Shown here: in pieces, positions 46,126 to 58,230 of the stretch
Numbering within the stretch: position 1 is the first letter of the stretch
Layout of the letters: every line of letters starts with the position of its first letter
Source: an uncultured candidatus Porisulfidus sp.
GTDB lineage: Bacteria; Pseudomonadota; Gammaproteobacteria; Poriferisulfidales; Poriferisulfidaceae
Direction: 5' to 3'
Length of the DNA: 64,000 bases
NCBI GenBank assembly: GCA_965116025.1
Contig: OZ220480.1
Location: forward strand, 1,184,001-1,248,000
The notes under the pieces: generated by a model
Databases searched by the model: none
Told to the model about the DNA's origin: nothing
The model's input: only the letters and a program-made list of their open reading frames with translations
Program-made: the position numbers and the translations under genes

Positions 46126-49100
46126 ATGTCGACGAGTCGGATGCCGGAGGGCAGCTTGCATCGTCCCGAGTTCGAGCGGGACGGGTGCGGTTTTGGCCTG
46201 ATCGCGCACATGGATGGCGAGGCCAGTCACGATCTCGTGCGGACCGCGATTCGCGCTCTGGAGCGAATGACCCACCGTGGCGCCATCGCCGCCGACGGCA
46301 AAACCGGCGACGGTTGCGGCCTGCTGCTCAAGATCTCTCCCCGGTTCTTCCGCGCCGTCGCGAAGCGCGCCGATATTGATTTGGGCGCGGACAACGCGCT
46401 GGGCATGGTGTTCCTGAGCCGCGACGAGGCCCGCGCGAAAGCGGGAAGGGAAGCTCTCGAGAAGAGTCTGGTCGAGCGAGGATTCCGGCCACGGGGCTGG
46501 CGGGTGGTGCCCGTGGATCCGGATGCGCTCGGAGAGCAGGCCCGCGCGTCGATGCCGCGCGTCGAGCAGCTGTTCGTCGATCTGCGCGGCGGGGATCCCC
46601 AGCACAGCGACGCGCCTTTGCTGCTGGCGCGCCGGAACGCGGAGGAGGCGATGAAGGAGGATCCGGATTTCTACGTCTGCAGCCTGTCTCCCCACGTGGT
46701 CAGTTACAAGGGCCTGATGATGCCGGAGTGGTTGCCACGGTTCTACGCCGACCTGAACGACCCGGAGCTGGCGTCCTCGATCTGCGTTTTCCACCAGCGA
46801 TTCTCCACCAACACGTCCCCGCGGTGGGCCTTGGCCCAACCGTTCCGCTATCTGGCGCACAACGGAGAGATCAACACCATCCGGGGGAATCGAAACTGGG
46901 CCGAGGCCCGGGCGCATACGTTCAGCAGCGAGAGCCTGCCGGGCCTGGAGCGGCTGCGGCCGTTGGTCTCCGCGGAGGGATCGGATTCCTGCTCCCTGGA
47001 CAACATGCTGGAGATTCTGCACGCTGGTGGGATCGATATCTTTCGGGCGATGCGGCTGCTGATTCCGCCCGCTTGGCAGAACGCGGTGGGCATGGACACG
47101 GATCTGCGGGCGTTCTACGAATACAGCTCCATGCACATGGAGCCGTGGGACGGCCCGGCCGGGATCGTGCTGACCGACGGTCGCTACGCGGCTTGCGTCC
47201 TGGACCGCAACGGGCTGCGCCCGGCCCGCTACGTGATCACCCGGGACCGGCGCGTCATGCTGGCTTCCGAGATCGGGGTGCACGATTTCGCGGACGCCGA
47301 CGTTGTGGAGAAGGGGCGGCTGGGTCCTGGCGAGATGCTGGCCGTCGACACCCGCACGGGCGAGCTGCTGACCTCCCAGAAGATCGACCGCATCAACAGC
47401 GTCCGGAATCCTTATTGGCAGTGGTTGCGCGCGGGGTCCCGCCAGGTGCGGTCCCTGACCAGCCATCGGGTGCCGGAGTGGAAGGCGCTTCCGGTCGCGG
47501 ACCTGCGACATTACGAGAAGATGTTCGATATCAGCCACGAGGAGCGCGAGCAGGCGTTGCGCGCGCTGGCCGATCTGGGACAGGAGGCGGTCGGATCGAT
47601 GGGGGACGACACGCCCTTGCCGGTGATGTCCAGCCGGGTCCGATCGCTCTACGACTACTTCCGGCAGCAGTTCGCGCAGGTCACCAACCCCGCCATCGAC
47701 TCGCTGCGCGAGAAGGTCGTGATGTCGCTGGAGACCTGCTTCGGCCCTGAGCTGAATCTGTTCGACGAGACGATGAGCCATGCTACGCGACTGGTGTCGG
47801 AATCGCCCGTGCTGCCGCACAAGAAGTTCGAGCATTTGAAAGCGATCGACGATCCTGGTTATCGGCCTCTTCGCGTCGACCTGAACCACGACGAGAGCCG
47901 CGATCTGGAGGAAGTGGTCCGCGAGATCGCGGAGCGGGCGGTGCGGGGGGTTCGGGACGGGGCCGCGCTCGTCATCCTGTCCGACCGCGATCTCGCTCCC
48001 GGCAAGATTCCGGCGCACGCGCTTCTGGCGACGGGCGCCGTGCACCACGCGCTGATCCGCGAGGGCTTGCGCTGCCGGGCCAACATCGTCGTCGACACGG
48101 GCACCGCGCGCGACCCGCACCATTTCGCGGCGCTGATCGGCTACGGCGCGACCGCGGTCCATCCGTATCTCGCGTTGCAGTCGCTGTTCGACATGGCGCG
48201 CCAGGGCGAGATCGCCAAGGACGCGTTCTCCGTGGTCGAGCGCAACTATTGCCGTGGCATCGACAAGGGATTGCTCAAGATCTGCTCCAAGATGGGAATC
48301 TCGGCGATCACCAGCTACCGGGGCGCGCAACTGTTCGAGATCGTGGGCCTGGCCAGCGAGGTGGTGGACCTTTGCTTCGTGGGGTCGGTCAGCCGCGTCG
48401 AGGGCGCGGGCTTCGAGGATCTGGTCGCTGGGCAGAGACGGCTCGCGGCCCGCGCTTGGAGCCGGCGGGGGTTGCGGCAGGGGGGCTTGCTGAAATACGT
48501 GCATGGCGAGGAATACCACGCGTTCCACCCGGATGTCGTGCATGCCCTGCAGGCCGCCGCGCGCAGCGGCGCGATGGAGGACTACCGAACGTTTCGGGAT
48601 CTGGTGAACCGCCGCGAGCCGATGGCGTTGCGCGACTTGTTGCGATTGCGCGAGGGCGTCGAGCCGATTCCGATTGAGGAGGTGGAGTCGGTGGAGGAGA
48701 TCACCCCGCGTTTCGACTCGGCTGGCATGTCGCTCGGCGCGCTGTCGCCCGACGCCCACGAGACCTTGGCGACGGCCATGAACCGCTTGGGCGCGCGCTC
48801 TAATTCCGGCGAGGGCGGCGAGGACGCGGCGCGCTACGGAACCGATCGGACTTCCCGGATCAAGCAGGTGGCCTCCGGGCGCTTCGGCGTCACGCCGGAG
48901 TACCTGGTCAACGCCGAGGTTCTGCAGATCAAGATCGCCCAAGGAGCCAAGCCAGGCGAGGGCGGGCAGTTGCCGGGCCGCAAGGTGAACGATCTGATCG
49001 CTCGGTTGCGACACTGCGATCCGGGCGTGACCTTGATCTCCCCGCCGCCGCACCACGACATCTATTCGATCGAGGACCTGGCCCAGCTGATCTTCGACCT

Positions 49101-50586
49101 CAAGCAGGTCAACCCGCGGGCCTTGGTGTCGGTGAAGCTGGTCGCCTCCGCTGGCGTCGGCACCATCGCCGCCGGAGTGGCCAAGGCGTACGCGGACCTG
49201 ATCACGATTTCCGGTTACGACGGCGGGACTGGAGCTAGCCCCCTGACCAGCATCAAGTACGCTGGCGGACCGTGGGAGATGGGCGTCAGCGAGGCGCAGG
49301 TGGCCCTGCGCGCCAACCGGCTGCGCGACAAGATCCGCCTGCAGGCCGACGGCGGCCTCAAGACCGGGCTGGACGTGATCAAGGCGGCCATTCTGGGCGC
49401 GGAAAGTTTCGGCTTCGGCACCGCCCCCATGATCGCCATGGGCTGCAAATATCTGCGGATCTGTCATCTCAACAACTGCGCCACCGGCGTCGCCACCCAG
49501 AACTTGGTCCTGCGGCGAGACCATTTCGTCGGTGAGGCGGATATGGTGGTCAACTACTTCACGTTGGTCGCCCAGGAAGTCCGGGAATGGATGGCGGCGC
49601 TGGGCGCGCGGCGCCTGGTCGACTTGATCGGACGCTCGGATCTGCTCGAGATTAGCCCCGGCGTCACGGACCGGCAGCGCGGCTTGCGGTTGGAGCCGTT
49701 GCTGTCCGACGGAGGAGTCCCGGCCGACGTGCCGCGCTACTGCCAAGTCGAAAGCAACCCTTCCTTCGACCGAGGAGAACTGGCTGAGCGGATGGCGCGG
49801 GAAGCCCGCCCGGTGATCGAGAGCATGGCGGGCGGCGAGTTTCGGTACCAGATCGACAACACCAATCGCTCGATCGGCGCGCGGGTGTCGGGAGAGATCG
49901 CGCGACGCCATGGCGACCGCGGGATGCGCGCCGCGCCGCTGGTGGTGCGCCTGACCGGCACGGCGGGGCAAAGCCTCGGGGCCTGGAACGCGGACGGGCT
50001 GCACCTCCACCTGCAGGGCGACGCCAACGACTATGTCGGCAAGGGCATGGCTGGCGGAAAGCTGACGTTGCGACCAGACCCGGATCTGGCGCTTCCGACG
50101 CATCGGACGCCTATCATGGGGAACACTTGTCTGTACGGAGCCACAGGGGGCAAGCTGTTCGCCGCCGGCGCCGCCGGGGAGCGCTTCGCCATCCGCAACT
50201 CGGGCGCCGTGGCCGTGGTCGAGGGCGTCGGCGACCACGGTTGCGAGTACATGACGGGAGGCGCGGTCGTCATTCTGGGCGAGACCGGGATCAATTTCGG
50301 CGCCGGCATGACCGGCGGCTTCGCGCTGGTGCTCGATGAGCGCGAAGACTTTCCCCAACGCGGCAATGGCGAGATGATCGAATGGCGACCCTTGAGCTCC
50401 GAGGAGTGCGGGGATTACGTCCAGTACCTTCGTGGAATGCTGATGGAGCATAGCGGCGAGACCGGCAGCGCGCGGGCGCGGGGGATCCTGGAGCGGCTGG
50501 AGGACTGGTTGCCGAGGTTCTGGCTCGTGGCGCCGAAGGAGGCCCGGCTCGACGCCTTGCTGGACGGGTACCGGGAGGCGGCCTGA
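46126..50586 (+). CDS. gltB: Glutamate synthase large subunit
   Basis: CGFG amidotransferase Cys, [36 protein letters not shown]...RICHLNNC Fe-S motif, GXGXG C-terminal domain. Confidence 0.98.
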   Translation: MSTSRMPEGSLHRPEFERDGCGFGLIAHMDGEASHDLVRTAIRALERMTHRGAIAADGKTGDGCGLLLKISPRFFRAVAKRADIDLGADNALGMVFLSRDEARAKAGREALEKSLVERGFRPRGWRVVPVDPDALGEQARASMPRVEQLFVDLRGGDPQHSDAPLLLARRNAEEAMKEDPDFYVCSLSPHVVSYKGLMMPEWLPRFYADLNDPELASSICVFHQRFSTNTSPRWALAQPFRYLAHNGEINTIRGNRNWAEARAHTFSSESLPGLERLRPLVSAEGSDSCSLDNMLEILHAGGIDIFRAMRLLIPPAWQNAVGMDTDLRAFYEYSSMHMEPWDGPAGIVLTDGRYAACVLDRNGLRPARYVITRDRRVMLASEIGVHDFADADVVEKGRLGPGEMLAVDTRTGELLTSQKIDRINSVRNPYWQWLRAGSRQVRSLTSHRVPEWKALPVADLRHYEKMFDISHEEREQALRALADLGQEAVGSMGDDTPLPVMSSRVRSLYDYFRQQFAQVTNPAIDSLREKVVMSLETCFGPELNLFDETMSHATRLVSESPVLPHKKFEHLKAIDDPGYRPLRVDLNHDESRDLEEVVREIAERAVRGVRDGAALVILSDRDLAPGKIPAHALLATGAVHHALIREGLRCRANIVVDTGTARDPHHFAALIGYGATAVHPYLALQSLFDMARQGEIAKDAFSVVERNYCRGIDKGLLKICSKMGISAITSYRGAQLFEIVGLASEVVDLCFVGSVSRVEGAGFEDLVAGQRRLAARAWSRRGLRQGGLLKYVHGEEYHAFHPDVVHALQAAARSGAMEDYRTFRDLVNRREPMALRDLLRLREGVEPIPIEEVESVEEITPRFDSAGMSLGALSPDAHETLATAMNRLGARSNSGEGGEDAARYGTDRTSRIKQVASGRFGVTPEYLVNAEVLQIKIAQGAKPGEGGQLPGRKVNDLIARLRHCDPGVTLISPPPHHDIYSIEDLAQLIFDLKQVNPRALVSVKLVASAGVGTIAAGVAKAYADLITISGYDGGTGASPLTSIKYAGGPWEMGVSEAQVALRANRLRDKIRLQADGGLKTGLDVIKAAILGAESFGFGTAPMIAMGCKYLRICHLNNCATGVATQNLVLRRDHFVGEADMVVNYFTLVAQEVREWMAALGARRLVDLIGRSDLLEISPGVTDRQRGLRLEPLLSDGGVPADVPRYCQVESNPSFDRGELAERMAREARPVIESMAGGEFRYQIDNTNRSIGARVSGEIARRHGDRGMRAAPLVVRLTGTAGQSLGAWNADGLHLHLQGDANDYVGKGMAGGKLTLRPDPDLALPTHRTPIMGNTCLYGATGGKLFAAGAAGERFAIRNSGAVAVVEGVGDHGCEYMTGGAVVILGETGINFGAGMTGGFALVLDEREDFPQRGNGEMIEWRPLSSEECGDYVQYLRGMLMEHSGETGSARARGILERLEDWLPRFWLVAPKEARLDALLDGYREAA

Positions 50587-50612
50587 TCCGGGCCCCGGTC
50601 CCGCGCGACGCC

Positions 50613-52379
50613 ATGGCCGGACGCATCCCACCCGAGTTCCTCCAGCAACTGCTGGCCCGGACCGATCTGGCCGAGGTGATCGGCCGCTACGTCACGCTCG
50701 AGAAGGCCGGGGCGGAGTTCAAGGCCTGTTGCCCGTTTCACAACGAGAAGACTCCCTCGTTCACGGTCAGCCCGCGCAAGGGCTTCTACCACTGCTTCGG
50801 TTGCGGCGCGCACGGAACCGCGATCTCGTTTTTGATGGAGCATGCCCGATACTCGTTTCACGACGCGGTCGAAGAGCTGGCTCAGCGGGCCGGGATGCAG
50901 GTCCCGCGCGCGGGCGGGAGCGCCGCGCCGCGCCAAGATCTGGATCCTCTGTACGAATGCATGGAAGCCGCGTGCGAGTTTTACGAGCGAACCTTGGCCG
51001 AGTCCGGGCCGGCGCGGGCGTACGCCCGCGAGCGCGGGCTTTCGGACGAGATCCTCAAGGAGTACCGAATCGGCTTCGCGCCCCCGGGGTTCGAGGGAAT
51101 CGGGAAGGGCCTGTCGAAGCGGTTCTCTCCCGAGCTGCTGCTGCGGGCGGGCTTGCTGGCGGAGAAGAACGGGCGGGCTTACGACAAATTCCGCAACCGC
51201 CTGATGTTCCCGATCCGGGACGGGCGCGGGCGAACGCTCGGATTCGGTGGGCGGATCATCGACCCCGAGGACAAGCCGAAATACATGAACTCGCCGGAGA
51301 CTCCGCTGTTCCACAAGAAGCGCGTCCTGTACGGCGCGCATGAGCTGCAGCGACGGCGCGGAAATCCCCGGCATCTGATTCTGACGGAAGGATACATGGA
51401 CGTGGTCAGTCTGGCGCAGGCGGGGGCCCGCAACGCCCTCGCCACCCTGGGCACCGCCACGACCGAGGACCATGTCCGCCAGTTGGGCCGTTTCTGCCGC
51501 GCGTTCGTGTTCTGCTTCGACGGCGACCGGGCGGGCCAGGCCGCGGCCTGGCGCGCGTTAGAGAATCTGCTGCCGGTTTTGCGCGAGGGCGACGAGGCTC
51601 GCTTCGCGCATTTTCCGGAAGGGGAAGACCCGGACAGTTACGTCCGCGCCCACGGGATCGCTGGCTGGAAGATCTTCATTCGGAAGTCCATTCCGTTGGA
51701 GGATTATTTTTTCGCGCACTTGGAGCGAGACCTGAACCTGGACATGGCTTCCGGAAAAGCGGCGTTGGTCGCGCGCGCGCAACCGTTGCTGGAGAAGATC
51801 GGCGCGCCGGTCTTTCGCGACTTGTTGATCCAGAAATTATGCGAGACGACCGGGTTGCGGGAAGCTCAACTTCGCGTGAAGTCGGGAGTCGAGGCGCGGC
51901 CAGCCGCCCGAAGGCGCCGCCGGGTCTCGCCCGGCCGACCGTCAGCGGCGCGGGTGATGGTGCGCCTGTTGCTGGAGTACCCCGCGCTGGCCCGTCTTTC
52001 CTTGCCGCCCGAGGATCTAAGGCTGATCCCGGAGCCGGGGTTCGATCTGATCGCCATGATTGTGGAACTGGTGCACCGAAACCCCGAGATCACCGCCGCG
52101 GGGATCATCGAATCGTTCCATGGTCAGGACACGGAGCGGCACCTGATGAGCCTGATGGAGTGGATCCCGGCGGTATTGTCTGGCGTGAGGGAAGAGAATG
52201 ACATCTGGGATGATTTTGAGAGAGGCATGCGCAAGTTTCGGAAGAAATGCCTCAGGATGAAAATCAACTTTCTGATGGCTAGGCAGGTTGAGAAGGGGGA
52301 TCTGAGCGAGGAGGAAAAGGAGGTGTTGCGGGGGTTGCGCGAGGAGCTCAAGGCGATTCCGCCGGAGCTGGTCGCGTAG
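50613..52379 (+). CDS. dnaG: DNA primase
   Basis: CPFHNEKTPSF..YHCFGCG zinc finger, PKYMNSPET, EGYMDV, FDGD.AG, DPD. Confidence 0.97.
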   Translation: MAGRIPPEFLQQLLARTDLAEVIGRYVTLEKAGAEFKACCPFHNEKTPSFTVSPRKGFYHCFGCGAHGTAISFLMEHARYSFHDAVEELAQRAGMQVPRAGGSAAPRQDLDPLYECMEAACEFYERTLAESGPARAYARERGLSDEILKEYRIGFAPPGFEGIGKGLSKRFSPELLLRAGLLAEKNGRAYDKFRNRLMFPIRDGRGRTLGFGGRIIDPEDKPKYMNSPETPLFHKKRVLYGAHELQRRRGNPRHLILTEGYMDVVSLAQAGARNALATLGTATTEDHVRQLGRFCRAFVFCFDGDRAGQAAAWRALENLLPVLREGDEARFAHFPEGEDPDSYVRAHGIAGWKIFIRKSIPLEDYFFAHLERDLNLDMASGKAALVARAQPLLEKIGAPVFRDLLIQKLCETTGLREAQLRVKSGVEARPAARRRRRVSPGRPSAARVMVRLLLEYPALARLSLPPEDLRLIPEPGFDLIAMIVELVHRNPEITAAGIIESFHGQDTERHLMSLMEWIPAVLSGVREENDIWDDFERGMRKFRKKCLRMKINFLMARQVEKGDLSEEEKEVLRGLREELKAIPPELVA

Positions 52380-52472
52380 ATTGTCCGCGTGAGCTCTCGC
52401 GGTTAGCGGTGGCGAGTCGCTCGTGAACGCGGGGAAGATCTAGATGGCGCCAGTCGGATAGGTGAACCGCGG

Positions 52473-52502
52473 CGCGGCCCCGGCTTGAGGGCCGGGGCCG
52501 CG
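52473..52502. terminator. GC-rich hairpin between the convergent dnaG and autotransporter genes
   Basis: CGCGGCCCCGGC-TTGAGG-GCCGGGGCCGCG; no clear U tract. Confidence 0.5.
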
Positions 52503-52514
52503 ATCACACGTCGA

Positions 52515-55500
52515 TCAGAAGCGAACCTTCAGCAGGACGCTCGCGCCGTAATCATGATTGTCGCCGTCCGACGCCGCGTAGTGAGCGTCCCCCGAGAGCG
52601 TCGACTCTCCCTTCTCATCCAAGACCATCACGCCCCCAACGCCCAATCGCGCCCAAGTCGACTCCACCTCCGAGCGAAGCCGCGACCCCGACGCCATGAC
52701 CTTCCGGCTCTCCGAGAACTCGCGCTCCACGTCCAATGAGGCGTACGTCTGGCCATTCTCCAGCAGCGCCCCAACCCGCGCCCGCACGCTGTCCTCCGAG
52801 CGGAACGACACCCGACCGCTCCCAGTGACACCCGACACGTCGTCAAAGCCGTCGATGTCCACCCAAGTCCACGTCAGTCCCCCGCGCGGAACCAGCGCGA
52901 AGCCGTCCCTCTCCATCCGCCTGCCGACCTCCACGCCGATCGCGTGACCCTCTCCATCCAACCCGGACGCCACCATCCCCCGAGTCTCCGAGCTCAGGTC
53001 GACATCCTCGAACCGCGTGTACGAGAGCTCCCCGTCCGCGTACCAGCCGTCCTCGCCCCGCCAAGTCGCCGAGGCGCCCACGCCCACGCCCGAGACCTCG
53101 ATCTTCCCGCCGCGCGCGACGTCCGCCTCGCCGTCCCGGTAATGCGCGCTCACGCCCAGCGTCACGCCCGGCAGATCCGTGGGAACGGCGAAGCCCGTCT
53201 CCACGCCCCAGCGCTCGAAGTCCCAGGATAGCGCGCGACCCGCATCGTCCATCTCGGTCGTGGATATATCCGCTTCCCGCTCGCCGTCGCTCGCCAAAAC
53301 CCGCGCCCACGCGCCCCCGCCATCTCGCGTCGCCGACAGCCGCGCCTGACGACCGTCGGAGCCGCTCATCTCCAGCAGCACCGACGGCAGCGCCTCGTAC
53401 ACCCGAGCCCGGGCGTGGTACGTCCGGCTGATTTCCCTCTCCACGCCCGCCTTGAACTGGTGCCCTCCCGTGATCGACCTCAGCGTGACCATCCGCTCGA
53501 ACACCGCGTCATACACCCCATGCGTCCCCGTCTTACCGGACGTCGCCTTCACCGCGTCCCCCACAGCGATCGCCTTCGTCATGCCCGCCGTCGACTCGCG
53601 CTGGAAGACGTTCGGCGTTTTATCGCCACTATTCAGGAATTTCCCCGTGATGAACGCGACCTGCCCATGCGCGTTCTCCTTCAGGGTGACATGCAGCGCC
53701 TTGTCCGCCCTCACCGCGGTCCCCGACGTCGCGCCGATCTCCGCCTTCGGCCCGATCACCAGCGTCCCGCCGTTCACCATCCGAACGCCGGCGTGCTCGC
53801 CGGCGCCGCCCATCACCTTGCCGTTGATGGTGACCGTCTGGTCGTAGTGACCCTTCCGGGCGTGGTCGGACGCGAACGTCCGCATGCCTTTGACATGCAC
53901 TCCGTCCTTCTTGGCTCGGATCGTCGCCATCTCCCCCACCGTGACGCTGATCTTCCCGGCTTTCGGCGCGTCCTCGTCCTCGTAGGCGGTGGCGGTCTCC
54001 GCGTAGACCCCATACCCATCCGCCGTGATCGCTCCGCCTGAAACATCGATCATGATCGGGATGATCGTCTCAATGTCCGGTATCTCCTCCGCGTCGTTCA
54101 AGTCTCTCACATAGGCGAGAATCCCGTCGCCCTTCGACGTGATGTCCGCCTTCGACTCGATCTCGATCTTCCCGATCTTGGCCTCGTAGGTGGAGGGGGC
54201 TTGAGAGTCGGCCGCCGTCTCGTCGGAAGCCGCCTGGGGCTCCGAGCCCCCATGAATGGCGAGAATGCCGGCGGTCCGGGGCTTCAGGTCCGCCAGCTCC
54301 GTCTTGTGATCCTCCGTGAGCGAGAAGAAGGCGTTAGGCTGGTCGCCCGCGACGATCTCTCCCGCCAGATGCTTCGCGACCACGTCGCCCTGACTGATAT
54401 GCAAAGCGAGGATCCCCGAGCCTTTCGCGTGGATGAAACCCTCGTTGGTGACCATGAGATCAATCTCGTTAGTCGCGTCTTCGGTCTCGACGAACACGCC
54501 GTTCTCGCCGACCGGCGTCTCCGCGGTCCCGATCCGCGCGCCGGACTCGATGTCCACTCGGGTCGTTCCCTCATCGACTTGGTTGCGAACGTACACGCCA
54601 TGGCCGCCAGCCTGAGCGATCACGCCCGCCAGGTCGATTTCGATATCGCCGCCCGCATGATTGGAATAAACATGGATCCCGTGAAGATCCTCCGCCTCCG
54701 TCTTGATCGTTCCCCCGGTCACCTTGACCGTGACCGGAACCACCGAATCGTCGTCCCCTCTCGTGTCGATATAAATGCCATTACTGCGGACGTCAATGTC
54801 GCCGCTCGAGACGATGGCGATCTCGCTGCTCGGAGACGCGGCGGTGCCCATGGTCGAATCCTGATGGAACACGTAAATGCCATGAAAATTGTAGTAATCG
54901 ATATCGCCGTCATACAGCGTGGCCTCTCCGCTCGGGGTGAGCGTTCGCGCGTACAAAGGCCGCTGCCTCAGGCTCCGGATCGTCCCGTGGTTCGTGACGC
55001 GGATGTCCCCTCCCTCTCCACTATTGGACTGATCGACTAAAATCCCCTTACTGGTCACGCTGCCCTTCGCCGTCTCGACGGCGACGTCTCCAGACCCCGC
55101 GTGGTACACGTAGATTCCTCGGTAATACCCGTAGATCTCGCCCCGGTTCACGATCAACATGTCGCCCTCGGCGGACGCGTCTCTGTAATACGCCCACACC
55201 CCATAACGCCCCACCGGAATCTCCTCGGTGCCGATCCGCGCATCAGCCTCGATCGCGATCTCGATCTTGTCCGTTCTCGAGTCCGAGCCGGCTCCGTCGT
55301 TCTCGACGACGATCCCGTAGTTTCTGCTGCCCCGCCGATACTGGGGAGCGATGAAGGTCGCGCTATACTGTTGGCCACCAGAAGAGTACGTGCCCGCCGT
55401 CGTCGTCCACCCCGCCTCGTTCACGATCCTCGCCTTGCCTTCTAGATTGACCGTCAGCTCCCCGCGACCGACCACGGCGATCCCGGAATTTCGGCCTCGG

Positions 55501-55881
55501 GTAAGATCGCTGGGAGAGGTGCCGGGATTCTTGGGAGGAAGGAACGACTTGATGGTCGTCATCTCCCCGGAAGGCCTCACGGTCAGCGCCAGACCGCCCG
55601 TCTGACCCGTGTACTCGATGGGATTGGCATCGGCGTTATTAGTCCCGCCGTAGGTCGCGGCATCGCAGGTGACTGTTTTGGCGGCGCTGACGGCGCCGCA
55701 CTCGTCCGCCTCGGCGGAATGCGGAATCAGCGGAATGGAGAGAACGGCCGTCAAACCGGCCAGAACGGTCAGGAAACGAGGGCTATGCCCCCCCCCCCCC
55801 CCCCCCCCCTATGAGGGAAGACGACGAGGCGCCGCGAAACGCGGCGCGAATGGCATTGGAAGCGGAAAGGATCTTCTTCAT
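52515..55881 (-). CDS. Autotransporter (type Va adhesin-like); out of frame by one base at a poly-G tract in the signal-peptide region
   Basis: Beta-helix-like passenger repeats (GI.V...G.I), C-terminal barrel ending LKVRF; ATG 55881 reads MKKILS...LIGGGGGGGA*, whereas G21 would continue HSPRFLTVLAGLTAVLSIPLIPHSAEA into the 1079-aa ORF. Confidence 0.85.
55788..55809. repeat. C22 (G22 on the coding strand) homopolymer
   Basis: 22 consecutive C counted in the sequence. Confidence 0.95.
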
Positions 55882-56252
55882 TTTGGTTCTTATCTTGAGG
55901 TTCAAGCGAGCGCGATTATACAGCACGATCTTGCCGGCGCGCGTCATGCCGCAGGCGTGGACGCTCGCTTGCCCGGGTCCACGCCCAGATGGGCGATGGC
56001 GAGTTGACGTGGAGTCCTTTTCATAAGGGTCGTCCCGCTTTCGCGATGGGTTCGTCGTGCGCTCATCGTGCCCGCTCAAGGCCGAACAGGGAAGCGGGGC
56101 GAACCATCCCATCAACGATATCGTGGAGCGCGCTCCTTTCTTCCCGATCTCCGTAAATCGCGCATCTGTGAAACATCCACTGAAGAGGTATGGCGAATGG
56201 GGTAGAATGGATTTCCAACCCCGATAATAATCACAACTAAGGGGGTGATCCA

Positions 56253-58163
56253 ATGGAGGGAATCCTCGAGATCAGGGACGGGTGCAACACTCCGGAGCAG
56301 TTGCTTCGCAGCCTCGCCTTCGCTCGTTACCTGAAAATCTACAAGGAGGAGTTTTTGGCGGACCTTCTGCGTCGCGACCATAATCTCGATGAGGCCCAGC
56401 ACAAGGCGGAGCTGATTCGCGGCATCACGTTGCGGGACATCACCGAGGTTCTGGACTCCAGTCATTTCTCGCCCGAGGCCCTGGAGCGCGCCCGCGCGGT
56501 CGTCAAGTTTCTGGACGGCGGCTTCCACCACTTCCGCAACGCGAGCTACTCGCGCTTGGTGCGGCTGCAGAACGAGGTGGTCAGCTCGGGCACGGAAAGC
56601 CAGAGCACGATCAAGGACAAGGTCACGGAGAAGGCCGCCCAGTTGAACGACCTGATTCTGGATACGCGTCGCCGGTTGCTGTCTCAGGTGGGGCTGGGCT
56701 ATGGCGTGCGCCGCACGCCGGGCATGGACGCCTCCCCGAACGTGACGGCCGGCGAGATTTCTGGCCACTACTGCAACATCCCCGCCACGTACAGCGTCCT
56801 GTGCCATGTTCCCCTGACCATGGCGGCGGATATCCGCACGGGCGTGGACTACCGCACGCCGGCCAACCGGCGCGCCTATCCGTTTTTCGAGCTGGACCAT
56901 AACCCGTTGCATCTGGAGCGTTTCGACCCGGATGCCTGGGTATCGGTCCCGTTGCGGGTCGGGCGCTGGCTGATCGTCGCGTACATTCACAAGTCGCGCG
57001 GCTGCATCGAGATGGAGCCGGGATTGCTGAACCTGTTTCCTTTCGCTGGCGTCGAGCGTGATTTTCCGGCGATGCGCCCCGACGGGCTGTTCTTCTTCGG
57101 GGATCCGAACGGGACGTTCGGTGAGGATCTTGGCTACTACTGGGACGAGGACGACCAGTTGCTGATCGGCCTGGTCCCGCAACACGACGAATACAAGTAT
57201 TTCGGCTATTGCAAAAAACCGATTCTGACCCTGCACAACGTGCTCGCGATTCGCGCTGGCGACGTTCCGTTGCACTGCGGATGCACCCGCTACATCGTGG
57301 GCTTCGAGGGCGACGATCCGTACGTTTCGGAAATGCTGATCAAGGCGGACGACATGGGGCGGGTCGTGCTGGAGCGCGCCAATGGCGCGGCGTTTCGCCG
57401 GCCGATCTTCTACGGCACCGAGATCGGGGCGTTCGCGTGTCTGGACGGTTTCAGCGAGCAGGCGAAGCTGGCCATGGAAGGCCGGGAAGTTGGCTACAAC
57501 AACCATATGGGCTCGAACGCGCGGCAGGTCGTGCCGGTGGCCGAGGAGTCCGAGGTGGCGCTGGGCAGCGACCTAGACGTGTTGCTGTATATGAACAACT
57601 TCGACATCAAGGAAGAGGGCGAATCCTGCATCGATGTCGATATTCCGGTGTCCGAGGCGATCCGGCATTTTCGGAAAGGCGAGCGGGTCGCCGCGGGCAG
57701 CACCCAGACGCACCGTGGCAAGAAGGAGGCCAGCTACTGGGCCAACCCGTTCCCGACGCTGATGAGCAACGAGGGCGACGTGCTGCACCCCGATCTATAC
57801 GAACGTTTCAGCGAGACCGAGGCGTCATTCATGAAGGATGTCGAGGAGCTGGTGGAGCGCGGAGAGATGTATCTGGGTGTGGCCTACAGCCAGTTGATGG
57901 CCGGAGTCTACGAGAAGGTCGAGGACGAGGATGTCGCGCGATGTGGCTTCCGCGACCGCGAGGAGATTGAGCAGGTCGCGCCGGAGCGCCTCGCGCGCGA
58001 GCTGATCCAGATGGTCAAGCGGATCGCGGCGCGGAAGCGCGACCGTTTGGGTGGCGAGGCCAAGGAAATCGACGTGACGGTGGCTTTGGTCGGCGACAGC
58101 CGCACCGGCAAGTCGGAGACCGCGGAGAAGCTGGAAGGCGTTCTTGGGCTGACGCTGATCTGA
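56253..58163 (+). CDS. Phosphoenolpyruvate carboxykinase-like protein with a C-terminally placed P-loop
   Basis: YFGYCKK, LTLHN, PLH, DDMG, GTEIGAF, NAR, ANPF motifs; Walker A GDSRTGKS only in the last 25 residues; AAGGGGGTGA RBS. Confidence 0.7.
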   Translation: MEGILEIRDGCNTPEQLLRSLAFARYLKIYKEEFLADLLRRDHNLDEAQHKAELIRGITLRDITEVLDSSHFSPEALERARAVVKFLDGGFHHFRNASYSRLVRLQNEVVSSGTESQSTIKDKVTEKAAQLNDLILDTRRRLLSQVGLGYGVRRTPGMDASPNVTAGEISGHYCNIPATYSVLCHVPLTMAADIRTGVDYRTPANRRAYPFFELDHNPLHLERFDPDAWVSVPLRVGRWLIVAYIHKSRGCIEMEPGLLNLFPFAGVERDFPAMRPDGLFFFGDPNGTFGEDLGYYWDEDDQLLIGLVPQHDEYKYFGYCKKPILTLHNVLAIRAGDVPLHCGCTRYIVGFEGDDPYVSEMLIKADDMGRVVLERANGAAFRRPIFYGTEIGAFACLDGFSEQAKLAMEGREVGYNNHMGSNARQVVPVAEESEVALGSDLDVLLYMNNFDIKEEGESCIDVDIPVSEAIRHFRKGERVAAGSTQTHRGKKEASYWANPFPTLMSNEGDVLHPDLYERFSETEASFMKDVEELVERGEMYLGVAYSQLMAGVYEKVEDEDVARCGFRDREEIEQVAPERLARELIQMVKRIAARKRDRLGGEAKEIDVTVALVGDSRTGKSETAEKLEGVLGLTLI

Positions 58164-58230
58164 TTGGCCTTCCCGAAATACTCGCGCGGTCCGGCGAGAG
58201 AGGCTCTAGAGCCCGCGAAAGCCGGGGGCG

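Noticed and set aside
45907-50631. 1574-aa minus-strand ORF
   Set aside because: Antisense shadow of gltB, expected from high-GC codon bias; no recognisable motifs
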